From the IMG/VR virus record IMGVR_UViG_2894708747_000001: DNA of 64,000 bases. The stretch is one strand, 5' to 3'. Within the stretch, counting starts at the first letter, position 1, and every line of letters begins with the position of its first letter. Origin of the DNA: a virus (Duplodnaviria > Caudoviricetes). This document shows positions 28,392-37,928 of the stretch, one piece after another. The notes under the pieces are model-generated. The model was given only the letters and a program-made list of their open reading frames with translations, did not search any database and was not told the origin of the DNA. The translations under genes and the position numbers were made by a program.

Positions 28392-29260
28392 TGGCGATAC
28401 GATTTGAATTTAATGGTGTAAGATATAATAATGTGGTAGACTTATCAAAAGCATTACCTCCAATGACTTCAGTTTTAATAGGTTGGTATGATGGTGCTGA
28501 AATTCTTTGTGCTAATGCCGCTGGCCTTTGCTATGATACTAAAATAGAGTATGATTTTGATGGAGAGAATTATTTTTTACATGGGCGAGGGGTAAAAATA
28601 CTTAAACATTGTATTGAATCTAAGCATAATACGGTGTTGGAGCATGGCACGGCAACCTTTTTGAAAAAAGTTCCTATTTTTGTAGCGCGGCAGGATTTAC
28701 GAGCGCGGATAGCATCTTTTGATGAACGAAGTTTACGGTTTTGTAGGGCCGATGATGGTAGTTTAGAATATTATATTCCTGATTATTTGTCGGAAAAACG
28801 GATCAAGCAATTATATGCACGGAATGAGATGGATAAAGCGCATTTTCTTGAGCAGATGAGAAATGACTGGATTAGCTGGCATGAGAAAGCTAAAGAAATG
28901 TATTCTCATTATGCTGATAGTGAGCTACTGGAGATGCTGGACAGGGAAAGAGTTAGAGAAACGGTACGTGCCCTCCTTCCTTTAGGAATTAGTACGGTTT
29001 ATCTAGACACTCGTAATTTATGGTCGTGGATACATCATGCTGAAAAACGCCTTTGTTTGCGGGCGCAAAAAGAAATACGGGAAATACGACAGCAGGAAAT
29101 TAATCAGTTAAAGGAAGTGTTTCCGTCTATTTTTAAGTATGTAGATAAGCCTTGTTTTACACGAGGGGGGTGTCAGGAGGCTATTCCTTGTGGGAAAATA
29201 AAGTTAGATAGTAATAAGCAGGCTATAACTTCTTCCATAGAAGTGAATGAAAATAGTTAA
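28391..29260 (+). CDS. thyX: Flavin-dependent thymidylate synthase ThyX
   Basis: H.TVLEH, RQ..RARIASF.E.S.R, RE..RALLP, R.C..AQ.EIR; start revised to 28391. Confidence 0.82.
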   Translation: MAIRFEFNGVRYNNVVDLSKALPPMTSVLIGWYDGAEILCANAAGLCYDTKIEYDFDGENYFLHGRGVKILKHCIESKHNTVLEHGTATFLKKVPIFVARQDLRARIASFDERSLRFCRADDGSLEYYIPDYLSEKRIKQLYARNEMDKAHFLEQMRNDWISWHEKAKEMYSHYADSELLEMLDRERVRETVRALLPLGISTVYLDTRNLWSWIHHAEKRLCLRAQKEIREIRQQEINQLKEVFPSIFKYVDKPCFTRGGCQEAIPCGKIKLDSNKQAITSSIEVNENS

Positions 29261-29303
29261 TAATAATAAATTTTTTGATAGTAATTTAGCCGATAATTTG
29301 TTC

Positions 29304-29331
29304 TTGACTTTACTAAAAAAGATGGTAGACT
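29304..29331 (+). promoter_or_regulatory. SigA-type promoter for primase and sigma gene
   Basis: TTGACT-N16-TAGACT with TGn extension, in intergenic DNA. Confidence 0.5.
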
Positions 29332-29351
29332 TTTAGTTAGGTGGGATATTT

Positions 29352-30389
29352 TTGGATCTGTTGGCTAGTTTACCAATCGACATAGAAGAGTTATTGTCAA
29401 ATTTAAGGGATTACTGGTTAGCGAATCCTCAGTTTAATTATAACCCCAAGGCGTTGACTGGATTGAAGGAAAGTGGCGATAATATAATGTTTTGTTGTCC
29501 TTTCCATCCAGAAAATAGACCTTCCTGCGGTATTAAAGTTTCTTACCCGTATGTTTGGAACTGTTTCAGTTGCGGCAGTTCAGGTAATTTGCCACAACTA
29601 GTAGCGCACGTATTGAACTTTCCTTCTGAGTTTCAAGGTATGCAGTTTCTTGTAAAAAATTATTTTGTAACTTCTATGCATGAACGCCCTCCTTTGGACA
29701 TAGAGTCTATATTAGACGGAAAAGAACTAGATAAAAAAAGTTCAATACCTGAAGAAGTAGTTTTTAAGTATGCCCAAAATAATCATCCTTATATGCTGAG
29801 GCGGGGTTTTAATACCAGGACTTTACGAAAATATGAAATAGGTTTTGATCCTGAAACGAATACTATTACTTTTCCTGTCCGTACTTCCAAGGGTGTAGTA
29901 CGTTTTATTAAACGACGTTCTGTAGAAGGTAAAACTTTTTTAAATGCTAAAGGGGTTTACAAGAAAGATATTATTTATGGCTTATATTATCTTCTCCAAG
30001 CTCCAAAATCTATTCAGGAGATATACTTAACTGAATCGGAGACTGATACCTTAGCTTGTTATCAGGCTAAATTGCCAGCAGGTGCGGTCATGGGGCGCAT
30101 TTTATTTGAAGAACAAGTAAAGGAGTTGATGAAAGCTGGTATCAGGGTAGTGAATTTATTTTTTGATAACGATGCACCAGGACTGGAGGCCATTAAGCAG
30201 GCTTATTCGTTAATAACGAAAATGTCACCCATTAGGTGTAAGGTAGTAGTTTATCCTGGTGGCTGGATTTACAACACAAATAAAGTTCTTTATAAAGATG
30301 CTAATGAACTTTTATTAGCAGGAAAAATAAAAGAGATAAAAACTGTGCCCTATGAAGCCTTGCAATATAATCAGGGAGGAAAGTTATGA
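29352..30389 (+). CDS. dnaG: DNA primase (CHC2 zinc finger + Toprim)
   Basis: CPFH.E..PS...WNCFSCG; TESETD; FFDND..G; KDANE. Confidence 0.9.
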   Translation: MDLLASLPIDIEELLSNLRDYWLANPQFNYNPKALTGLKESGDNIMFCCPFHPENRPSCGIKVSYPYVWNCFSCGSSGNLPQLVAHVLNFPSEFQGMQFLVKNYFVTSMHERPPLDIESILDGKELDKKSSIPEEVVFKYAQNNHPYMLRRGFNTRTLRKYEIGFDPETNTITFPVRTSKGVVRFIKRRSVEGKTFLNAKGVYKKDIIYGLYYLLQAPKSIQEIYLTESETDTLACYQAKLPAGAVMGRILFEEQVKELMKAGIRVVNLFFDNDAPGLEAIKQAYSLITKMSPIRCKVVVYPGGWIYNTNKVLYKDANELLLAGKIKEIKTVPYEALQYNQGGKL

Positions 30390-30937
30390 ACGTTAACGTG
30401 GCGTATAATAAAAAGTCTTCGCTTGATGAGTACCTTCTTAGGGCCAAGAGGGTAACGGAAGCAAAAGTGCGCGGGATTAATTTTGCAGGTATGGAAACAG
30501 ACGATGTTATTCAGGAAGTTTTGTTAAAAGTTTACAGTAAGATGGCTGATTATGATAGTTCTAGGGCATCTATTCAAACGTTTATTGAAGCTATTATTAA
30601 TAGCACTATTAAAGATTTATTCCGTAAAGCGGCTAGAGCTTCTAATTTAGCAGTTGTAAATGCTTTACAATTAGTAGAAGATACATCAGATGTTGAAGAT
30701 GAAGTGTTAGCTTCAGTAGCTACTGTTGGTTATGAAGAAGAAGGTTATGATTATACAAACAGTTTTTATGACCTTATGAATAATACGGGATTAACAGAAC
30801 GGGAAAAGGAAATTATAGAGTTAAGGTTAAAGGGTTATAGTTTTAGTGAGATAGCTAGAGCGTTGAAAGTTTCTTCGCCGCGTATTAACCAGATGTGGAA
30901 AAAAATAATTATTAAATGTGAGAAATTATATAAATGA
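30386..30937 (+). CDS. Phage sigma-70 factor, ECF-like (regions 2 and 4)
   Basis: DDVIQEV.LK...YD..RAS..TF; LTEREKEIIEL...GYSFSEIA..L. Confidence 0.85.
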   Translation: MNVNVAYNKKSSLDEYLLRAKRVTEAKVRGINFAGMETDDVIQEVLLKVYSKMADYDSSRASIQTFIEAIINSTIKDLFRKAARASNLAVVNALQLVEDTSDVEDEVLASVATVGYEEEGYDYTNSFYDLMNNTGLTEREKEIIELRLKGYSFSEIARALKVSSPRINQMWKKIIIKCEKLYK

Positions 30938-30945
30938 GGGGTATG

Positions 30946-30980
30946 GAGAGGCTTAAAAATAAGCCTCTCTTTTTCGTATA
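30946..30980 (+). promoter_or_regulatory. Terminator overlapped by a CTTAA-N18-CGTATA promoter
   Basis: GAGAGGCTT/AAGCCTCTC + T-tract; CTTAA at 30952-56, CGTATA at 30975-80. Confidence 0.7.
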
Positions 30981-31022
30981 TGTACTTTGTCAGGGAAAAG
31001 AAATTTTAAGAAAGGAGTTTTG

Positions 31023-31595
31023 ATGATGGCAGGCGTAATGAAGGGTTTAGATGCCGTAAGGGAAGCTATGACAAAGGGGGTGGAGTTGCTTAAATTGAAA
31101 AGCGGGGAAAGTAAAATTATTCGTATTCTTACCCCTGCTGATGAGATTATTTCCGTATACGAGCATACGGAGCAGTTTAATGGCTCTTGGCGTACTGTTA
31201 CTTGCTTAGGTAAAAATGAGTGTCCGTTATGTCAAGCTGATAGGAGGCCATCTTATAAGGTTTATCTGGCGGTATTAGACCGTAGTGATGATAAGGTAAA
31301 ACTTTTCAAGGCTTCTAAGAAAGTAGCAATGCAGTTATTGGGTCTTATTGAAGAGTATGGGGATCTTACTTCCAGGGACTATAAAATTTACAGGCAGGGC
31401 GAAAAATTGGATACGACCTATCAGTTTTTCCCGCGTGATCCTTCCCCTATTGATCTGTCTAAATATGAAATCCCAAATTATGAGGAAATGGTTCAACCCC
31501 TTACTAAGGAGCAAATTTTGGAATTAATGAATGGAAGTACAAATCTGGTAGAAGAAGATAGTGGAGATGCGGATGATGAGGATTATCCATTTTAA
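31023..31595 (+). CDS. Single-stranded DNA-binding protein (gp32-like)
   Basis: H...TC.....CPLC zinc site, DYKI.R.G...TTY.F.P, acidic tail ending DADDEDYPF. Confidence 0.75.
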   Translation: MMAGVMKGLDAVREAMTKGVELLKLKSGESKIIRILTPADEIISVYEHTEQFNGSWRTVTCLGKNECPLCQADRRPSYKVYLAVLDRSDDKVKLFKASKKVAMQLLGLIEEYGDLTSRDYKIYRQGEKLDTTYQFFPRDPSPIDLSKYEIPNYEEMVQPLTKEQILELMNGSTNLVEEDSGDADDEDYPF

Positions 31596-31600
31596 AGAGT

Positions 31601-31624
31601 GAGCCCCTAAAGGGGGCTCTTTTT
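31601..31624 (+). terminator. Rho-independent terminator
   Basis: GAGCCCC/GGGGCTC stem followed by T5. Confidence 0.7.
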
Positions 31625-31636
31625 GGAGGTGAGAAA

Positions 31637-32884
31637 ATGAGTCCTAATGAAGAGATTGAGAAGGCCTTAGAGATAAGAGATGAGAAAATGGAGAAAAAAA
31701 GAAAGCGGACGGCGAAAAAAGAGAAGGCGAAACCTGTAAAGAAGTTAACGAAAAAAGAACAGCAGATAAGAGAAATAGCTAATAACACTGTTCTTCCAGA
31801 TCATTATTTTACGATTTGGACAGAAGTTGATCTGCGAAAAATGGTAGGTTGGCTAAATGAGCAGGAGATTATAGCTGTAGATACAGAGACAATGGGTACT
31901 AATCCTTTTATTGATGAAATTGTGGGGATTTCTCTTTACGCTCCCCACCAGGGGTTTTATATTCCTCTTAAACACATAGAGGATATAAGAGATGCGCCAG
32001 TAGAAGAAGGCCAACAGGTGGGGGTGGATTATGTACGGTGTCTTCCTAAAAATGTGGTGACAGCGGCATTGAAGCCGTTATTGGAGGATAAAAGTAAAAA
32101 GTTTGTTCTTCACAATTGTAAATTTGACCAGCACATTCTTAGAAATTGGATGGGAATTAATCTCACGCCTTATTTTGATACTATGATTGCCCAGGCTTTG
32201 TTAGATGAAAACCAAAGTAAAAAGTTAAAAGATATGGCTACCTACTATTTAAAAATTCCCGCTGATCGTTTCAGCACTCTTTTTGGCAATGTAACTTTTG
32301 ATAAAGTGCCGATAAAAATTAATCCCCACACTAGGACAGGTAATTTAGCTACTTATTATGCGGTAAAGGATACCGAACTTACTTATAAAATGTATGAATT
32401 TCAAATTAAAAACCTTAACCGTCCAAACCTAGAGCAAATAAAAAAGTTGTTTTTTGAAGTAGAAATGCCTTTCTCGCAAATAGTTTTAGAGGCCGAGCGG
32501 CGGGGAGTGCGGATGGATACGGAATACTTGGAAAACGTAGTTGCTAAGCAGTTATATGCTGAATTAGAAGAGTTAAGGCAGAAGATATGGCATTATACAG
32601 GGGAAATAAACCTCAAATCTCCTGCCCAATTAGCAGTAGCTCTTTATGATAGGCTTAAGCTCCCCAGGGTAAATACAAAGAAACCTAATTCAACAGATAA
32701 GAAAACCCTAAAGATGTTGAAGAAGGAACATGAAGTTATATCGCTGATTTTAGATTTTCGTAGTAAAGCCAAGTTGGTTGATGCTTTTGCAGATAAATTA
32801 CCTAAAGCAGTTATTAACGGGCGAGTGCATACCTCATTTAATACAGTAGGGGCTCGTTCAGGTAGAATGTCAAGTAGTAACCCT
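31637..32884 (+). CDS. polA: Family A DNA polymerase, exon 1 (3'-5' exonuclease and thumb)
   Basis: AVDTET, HN.KFD, DTM, YAVKD, SGRMSSSNP; 416 codons up to the splice site. Confidence 0.92.
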
Positions 32885-34121
32885 AAACGAGATTGGGGCT
32901 TTGTGGCGTGAGCCACATTGAAAAATCGGGTTAATTCGGTGAAGCCCTAACGTAAAGTCGAGGGTAATACCGAGCCAAGCTAAGGATAGCCATTAGAAGT
33001 CCTTAGAAGGCGTAGAGACTAGGTGGTGCGTAGGCTAACAATAATCCACCCACGAAAGCCCGACACCTATCAAGCCAACCTAATTTCGCAGGAATAGAAA
33101 CATTATTCCTGCGAGGTGTTAAAGAATGGATGAGGAAGTTTTATACAAATTATATATAGAAGAACGGAAATCGAGAAGAACTGTAGCTAAGGAGTTAGGA
33201 GTTTCTGAAGGAACAGTAAAACATTATCTTGAGAAATATGGTTTTTCAAAGAAAAAATTAGGGGTAAAACCTAAGTATGATGTTGAACATAAAGGGGTGA
33301 CAAGATTATTAGCAAATAGAGATTGGTTATATGAAGAGTATTTAGTTAAAAGAAAAAGTGCCCAACAAATAGCAGATGAGTTAGGAGTAAAATATGGAAG
33401 AGTTGATCGATGGATTGCTAAACATGGTTTTTATGGTAAAAAGACATACCTAAACTCTTGTGACGAAACTAAGTTTAATTATAAAAATCCCATATTCTGT
33501 TATTATGCTGGGTATGTTGCAACAGATGGTTATGTGGATAAAAATACACCAAGAGTATCTATTCGTTCAAACGATGTGTGTGCTAAGGGTTTGTTTGAGA
33601 ATTTGGCTAACTATTTTAAGTTCACAGGAGAGGTTAGACAGTATGGTAAGAGTTACGATTTAACAATATCGTCTCCTAAATTAATCCAGGAATTATATAA
33701 TCATTTTAAAATAACTCCAGCAAAAACTAAAACCCTGGAATTTCCCGATAGTTTTTATAACGAAGTTTGTGAGCGAATGTTTTGTAGGGGATTAGTTGAT
33801 GGAGATGGTAATATAAAAAATAATGGGGATTTTAGATTTTATTGTGGTTCTGAAGCATTTATAGATAGATTTATTGATTTTTTAAATAAAAAGTTTAATT
33901 GGTGTATAAACAAGACCTATGTAAGAAAAATATATCCTGGTTTTACCCTTACAAAAAGTAAAGCTAAACTGTTCCTTAATTGGTGTTATTGTGGTTATAA
34001 TTCCTTTCTCCTTAGTAGAAAGTATGAAAAATTTCTTTTGGTATGTGCTTGATAGGTGAAGATATAGTCCGACACCCCCCGAAAGGGGGGAGGTGGTTTA
34101 AACGGCCACCGTAACAGATTG
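32885..34121 (+). ncRNA. Group I intron in the DNA polymerase gene
   Basis: 5' exon ends in U and pairs with the guide GGGG (P1); AGATT pairs with 3' exon AATCT (P10); GTAGAGACTA and AAGATATAGTCC core elements; P8 CACCTATCAAGC/GCTTGATAGGTG; ends in G; splicing restores SSSNP-NLQQIP in frame. Confidence 0.93.
33126..34052 (+). CDS. Intron-encoded double-motif LAGLIDADG homing endonuclease with two N-terminal HTH-like repeats
   Basis: YYAGYVATDGYV and FCRGLVDGDGNI; LY.LY....KS...A.ELGV occurs twice; located in the P8 loop. Confidence 0.88.
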   Translation: MDEEVLYKLYIEERKSRRTVAKELGVSEGTVKHYLEKYGFSKKKLGVKPKYDVEHKGVTRLLANRDWLYEEYLVKRKSAQQIADELGVKYGRVDRWIAKHGFYGKKTYLNSCDETKFNYKNPIFCYYAGYVATDGYVDKNTPRVSIRSNDVCAKGLFENLANYFKFTGEVRQYGKSYDLTISSPKLIQELYNHFKITPAKTKTLEFPDSFYNEVCERMFCRGLVDGDGNIKNNGDFRFYCGSEAFIDRFIDFLNKKFNWCINKTYVRKIYPGFTLTKSKAKLFLNWCYCGYNSFLLSRKYEKFLLVCA

Positions 34122-35120
34122 AATCTACAACAAATCCCCGCTAAAGTCGGGGGATTGATCCGAAATGCCTTTATTGCTGATGAGGGACGGTTGTTAGCTA
34201 GTATTGATTTTAGCCAGCAGGAATTGCGAGTATTAGCTCACGTTTCACGGGATAAAGTGTTGCTTGATGCTTATAAAAATGGCCGTGATATTCATAGTAC
34301 GACTGCTGTCAGCATTTGGAATCGTAAACATCCTGATGATCCAGTGACTTATGATGATTTTGAATATCGGCGAAAAATGACCGAGCTATTTCAGGATGCT
34401 GATGGAAATTTAGTAGATGAAAAGTTTAGCGTAGAACACATTCAAGAATTGTTGGCGGCGGGAAAGATAAGAACTGATGACCCAAAAATCCTTAGAAAAG
34501 ATGCTGAGTTAGGGATACAGTATGAGAAAGTCAGGAAAGATTCAAAGATGGTCAACTTTGGGATCATATATGGTATCTCAGAAAAAGGGTTGGCTGATAA
34601 CCTGGAGATTACTGAAGAAGAAGCTAAGGAATATATAAAGAGTTATTTTGAGGCTTATCCTGGAGTGAAGAAGTGGATAGAAGAAAAACATAAAGAAATT
34701 TTAAAGCAGAAATATACTACAACTCTTTTAGGGCGTAAGCGTCGAGTTTATCCTGAAATTAATTCGGGCGATAGTTGGAAAATACAACGTGGTTTAAGAC
34801 AGGGTGTTAATAGCATTATTCAAGGTAGTTCTGCTGATATGGTAAAACTGGCGAGTATTAAACTACAACCTTTACTTAAAGAGCTTGATGCTCATATTGT
34901 TTTATGGATACACGATGAAATCGTATTTGATGTACCTGAAAATATTGGGATGGAGAATTTACAACGAATAGCTGATATTATGTGTAACGCTCTACCTTTG
35001 GACTGTGGCATGAAATCTGATATTGAGGTGGGGCGTAAGTGGGGACAAAAGCTATCAGAAGATGATATTAGACATTTATTTGAGGAAGATGAAGAGACAG
35101 ATGAGGAGGAAGAAGAATAA
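34122..35120 (+). CDS. polA: Family A DNA polymerase, exon 2 (palm and fingers)
   Basis: NLQQIP, DFSQQELR, K.VNFGIIYG, NSIIQGSSAD, IHDE; spliced product 748 aa. Confidence 0.92.
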   Translation, partial: NLQQIPAKVGGLIRNAFIADEGRLLASIDFSQQELRVLAHVSRDKVLLDAYKNGRDIHSTTAVSIWNRKHPDDPVTYDDFEYRRKMTELFQDADGNLVDEKFSVEHIQELLAAGKIRTDDPKILRKDAELGIQYEKVRKDSKMVNFGIIYGISEKGLADNLEITEEEAKEYIKSYFEAYPGVKKWIEEKHKEILKQKYTTTLLGRKRRVYPEINSGDSWKIQRGLRQGVNSIIQGSSADMVKLASIKLQPLLKELDAHIVLWIHDEIVFDVPENIGMENLQRIADIMCNALPLDCGMKSDIEVGRKWGQKLSEDDIRHLFEEDEETDEEEEE

Positions 35121-35932
35121 TGGGTTTAGCAAGTTTAGCTAGAAAAGTTAAACAAGAAATGAAAGAACAAAATAAATCTTATGAAGAACGTTTTTTAGAG
35201 ACTGTAGATCAGTTTATTGTTCAATCCCGTGGAGGAGAAAAACATTCTTTATTAGCTTTTCATCCTTCTTCTTTCTATAAATGTGGGCGGGCTGTTTATT
35301 ATGAATTGAAAGGGTTTCCCAAGAAGGAAAAGATATATGCACGCAGTCAACGTATTCTAGAAGTCGGCACCGCCCTCCATGAATGGGTACAAAGAAAAGT
35401 TTTTATGCAGATGGATTTACTCCCTGATGCTCCTATTAAACTTATTCCTGTTAAAGAGTTACCTCCTTATGGGAAGGAGGGTATAGAGTTTATTACTGAT
35501 CATGCCGCCCCCGATATGGAGATAAAGTTTATAGATAGTAGATGGACGTTAAAGTTTCCTATTTCGGGGATGGTGGATGGAGCATTACATTTTATGGATA
35601 GAGATTTTATTTTTGAATTTAAGACCATTAATCCTAATGACTTTGAGTATTTAAATGCACCCCTTAAAGAACATTTAAAGCAAGGTGCTTTATATTGTTT
35701 ATGCTTAAATTTACCAGTGATGTTTGTTTACTTTTGTAAAGGCACTCAAAACTGGAAGGCTTTTTTCCAGGAATATAATAATGACCAAATAAATTGGGTT
35801 AAGAACAGGTTAAGCGAGATTGAAAATTGTGTTTTAAGTTCTAGTCTTCCACCGCCTGAAAAGAATAGTCGCGCTTGTAGTTTTTGTGGTTATAAATCTT
35901 ATTGTGATAAAGAAATTGCTGTTGCCGCTTAA
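35120..35932 (+). CDS. Cas4-like PD-(D/E)XK exonuclease
   Basis: PS....C.R..YY, GT.LHE, G.VDG...EFKT, Q..LY, CSFCGYKSYC. Confidence 0.8.
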   Translation: MGLASLARKVKQEMKEQNKSYEERFLETVDQFIVQSRGGEKHSLLAFHPSSFYKCGRAVYYELKGFPKKEKIYARSQRILEVGTALHEWVQRKVFMQMDLLPDAPIKLIPVKELPPYGKEGIEFITDHAAPDMEIKFIDSRWTLKFPISGMVDGALHFMDRDFIFEFKTINPNDFEYLNAPLKEHLKQGALYCLCLNLPVMFVYFCKGTQNWKAFFQEYNNDQINWVKNRLSEIENCVLSSSLPPPEKNSRACSFCGYKSYCDKEIAVAA

Positions 35933-35956
35933 ATATGACCCTACTTACTTCGTATA
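35928..35956 (+). promoter_or_regulatory. Putative phage promoter CTTAA-N18-CGTATA
   Basis: Exact motif upstream of 36010. Confidence 0.7.
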
Positions 35957-36009
35957 AGTTAAGTGAGGAAGGGCTTAAAGCTCTCAAAATACAAAAGGGG
36001 GAATCATAA

Positions 36010-36288
36010 ATGCAAAAAGCAAACACAGTAATGGAGAATGTGTTGGAATTGGTTAAAGTTTTCCCGCATGTAGTTGAAAACTACAATAGTCTAGTAAGCT
36101 ATTATTGGGAAGTATTTGATGGAATAACAACTTTAGATGATTGTGTTAAGGCGACACCAGCGGAAAGTATTACTCGTAATTTTAGACGATTGGTTGCTAA
36201 TGGTATGATACAACTACCTCAGCATATCCAAGAAATACGGAAAGAAAAAGAAAGAGAATATCGGAGCGAATTTGCGGCTTTGGTGTAG
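36010..36288 (+). CDS. Hypothetical protein
   Basis: 92 aa, AAGGGGG RBS. Confidence 0.55.
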   Translation: MQKANTVMENVLELVKVFPHVVENYNSLVSYYWEVFDGITTLDDCVKATPAESITRNFRRLVANGMIQLPQHIQEIRKEKEREYRSEFAALV

Positions 36289-36290
36289 AC

Positions 36291-36638
36291 ATGACAGATA
36301 AACTTTGGAAGAAATTTGAAAGGTGGGTGGGGGCCTCTATTTTTGATGGGGCTAAAAGAAATCCAGGATCGGGAGCTACCAATCGTCAGGATGATGGTAC
36401 AGAACGTCCTGGTGATGTTATCCACCCACTCTATCAAATTGAGTGTAAGGTTTATAAGTCGATAGCAATTTTCCGTTGGTGGGACAAATTGAAAAAAGAA
36501 GCTGAAGCTCTAAAGAAGATACCTGTTTTAGTGATGCGGGAAAAAGGAGACGCCCAAGATACTTTAGTTGCGATACACTGGACTTTTTTTAAGGAACTGA
36601 AGGCGGCTTGGGAAAAACAGCAGGGGGTGAAATCATGA
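36291..36638 (+). CDS. Holliday junction resolvase-like PD-(D/E)XK nuclease
   Basis: WKKFER.V, SGA, GDV, IECK, EA....KIPVLV. Confidence 0.7.
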   Translation: MTDKLWKKFERWVGASIFDGAKRNPGSGATNRQDDGTERPGDVIHPLYQIECKVYKSIAIFRWWDKLKKEAEALKKIPVLVMREKGDAQDTLVAIHWTFFKELKAAWEKQQGVKS

Positions 36639-36856
36639 AAATAAAGTTAACTAGGTTGGTTAGTGCTATAGCCTTATTAGTTGTTTTAAACACTTCAGTA
36701 TTATTTTTTCACGACTGGACTCCTGTACTAGCTTTAGTATTAACGTTACCTATTCTTTTACCTCTCGATTTACCGTACAAAATTCGTTTTGTGGACATTT
36801 ACTTATTATATTTAGTGAGTATGATTTATACTACGTTGGTATTTCAAGGGAGGTAG
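36635..36856 (+). CDS. Small membrane protein
   Basis: Three hydrophobic stretches; ATGA overlap with the previous gene. Confidence 0.55.
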   Translation: MKIKLTRLVSAIALLVVLNTSVLFFHDWTPVLALVLTLPILLPLDLPYKIRFVDIYLLYLVSMIYTTLVFQGR

Positions 36857-36858
36857 TT

Positions 36859-37404
36859 ATGGATAGAGCAGATATTGAACAAGGTATTCATGAAATGCTC
36901 TCTATCAAAGAGACTACTAAAAATAAGTTAAAGAAAGCTGGTTTGTTTATCCCTACCCGCCCCGATACAGTGGTACATGGGGTAGACCTCTATAGTGAAT
37001 GGGAGGCTTTAAAACGGCGATATGGAGGCATAGCCAATATTCCTCATGAAGAATTGGGAGAGTATTTAGATCGCTGGACAGCCATGATTTCATACACTCG
37101 TTGGGTGGAGGCGGTGGCTGATTTAGAACAAGCCACCGCCCGTGAAATACGAGATACTATTAGAAAGCAGTTATATACCCTCCAGGAAGGGGGGCGGGAG
37201 ATAAGAGATGCAATGGTTTACACTGAACCTCTTTATCAAGAATGGGAAAGAAAATATACAGAGGCTTTAGCTTTGTATATTCAGGTTAAGGCATTACGAG
37301 AAGGATATGAGCAGAGGGCTACGGCTATTTCTCGTGAAATAACTCGACGTGGAACTGATATGCTGGATGTTCGTAGATCAATAAATCGAGGCCAGGTTAG
37401 TTAG
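36859..37404 (+). CDS. Helical protein, possible UvsY-like recombination mediator
   Basis: Long amphipathic helices ending AISREITRR, upstream of recA; function inferred from context. Confidence 0.45.
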   Translation: MDRADIEQGIHEMLSIKETTKNKLKKAGLFIPTRPDTVVHGVDLYSEWEALKRRYGGIANIPHEELGEYLDRWTAMISYTRWVEAVADLEQATAREIRDTIRKQLYTLQEGGREIRDAMVYTEPLYQEWERKYTEALALYIQVKALREGYEQRATAISREITRRGTDMLDVRRSINRGQVS

Positions 37405-37416
37405 GAGGAAATAAAG

Positions 37417-37596
37417 GTGCCTGATTTCTTAGTTCGAGAGTTATTGATTATTATATTTAGTTTTTATGCTTTCACAATGTTGGCGACAGTTGTAGTGTTT
37501 TTAGGCATTTGGTGGGCAAAAAAGAAATTAAACTTATGGATAACACCACCTGGATTACCAAATCAAATTAAAAGGGGAGATGATAATTATGGTTAA
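37417..37596 (+). CDS. Small membrane protein not in the ORF track (59 aa)
   Basis: AGGAGG RBS, GTG start, one long hydrophobic segment then WWAKKK. Confidence 0.55.
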   Translation: MPDFLVRELLIIIFSFYAFTMLATVVVFLGIWWAKKKLNLWITPPGLPNQIKRGDDNYG

Positions 37597-37768
37597 TAAT
37601 GAGTTGTTTGAGCAGGCTAAAAAGGATATAGAAGAAATAATAACTAGTGGTAAATATAGTCTTGAAGAGGTATTAGCGTATTTATATTACAAACAAGTTC
37701 TAATTGACCGTTTCTTTACGGTACTTATGGAGGTAGTCGAAGATGGAAATGATACCTCCTCAGACTAA
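37580..37768 (+). CDS. Hypothetical protein
   Basis: 62 aa within the operon. Confidence 0.5.
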   Translation: MIIMVNNELFEQAKKDIEEIITSGKYSLEEVLAYLYYKQVLIDRFFTVLMEVVEDGNDTSSD

Positions 37769-37928
37769 TTTTGAGGAATTTGTGGAGAAAGAATTTATAA
37801 AGTTTCTTCAGGAACATAACCTTGAAAGTGGTAGTATTTCTGACGGACGAGGACGAAAGGCTTCTGTAAAACGAGATAAATATGGTTTCTTTTCAGTTAA
37901 ATATACAACCGTCAAGGAGAATTTATGA
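37743..37928 (+). CDS. Hypothetical protein
   Basis: 61 aa, GGAGGT RBS. Confidence 0.5.
   Translation: MEMIPPQTNFEEFVEKEFIKFLQEHNLESGSISDGRGRKASVKRDKYGFFSVKYTTVKENL

Noticed and set aside
31637-35120. Broken or pseudogenised DNA polymerase, or an intein
   Set aside because: Group I intron elements explain the split and restore the frame; the endonuclease is a separate ORF with its own RBS.
35120-35932. CRISPR-Cas locus
   Set aside because: Solo Cas4-like nuclease in a replication operon; no repeat-spacer array or other cas genes seen.
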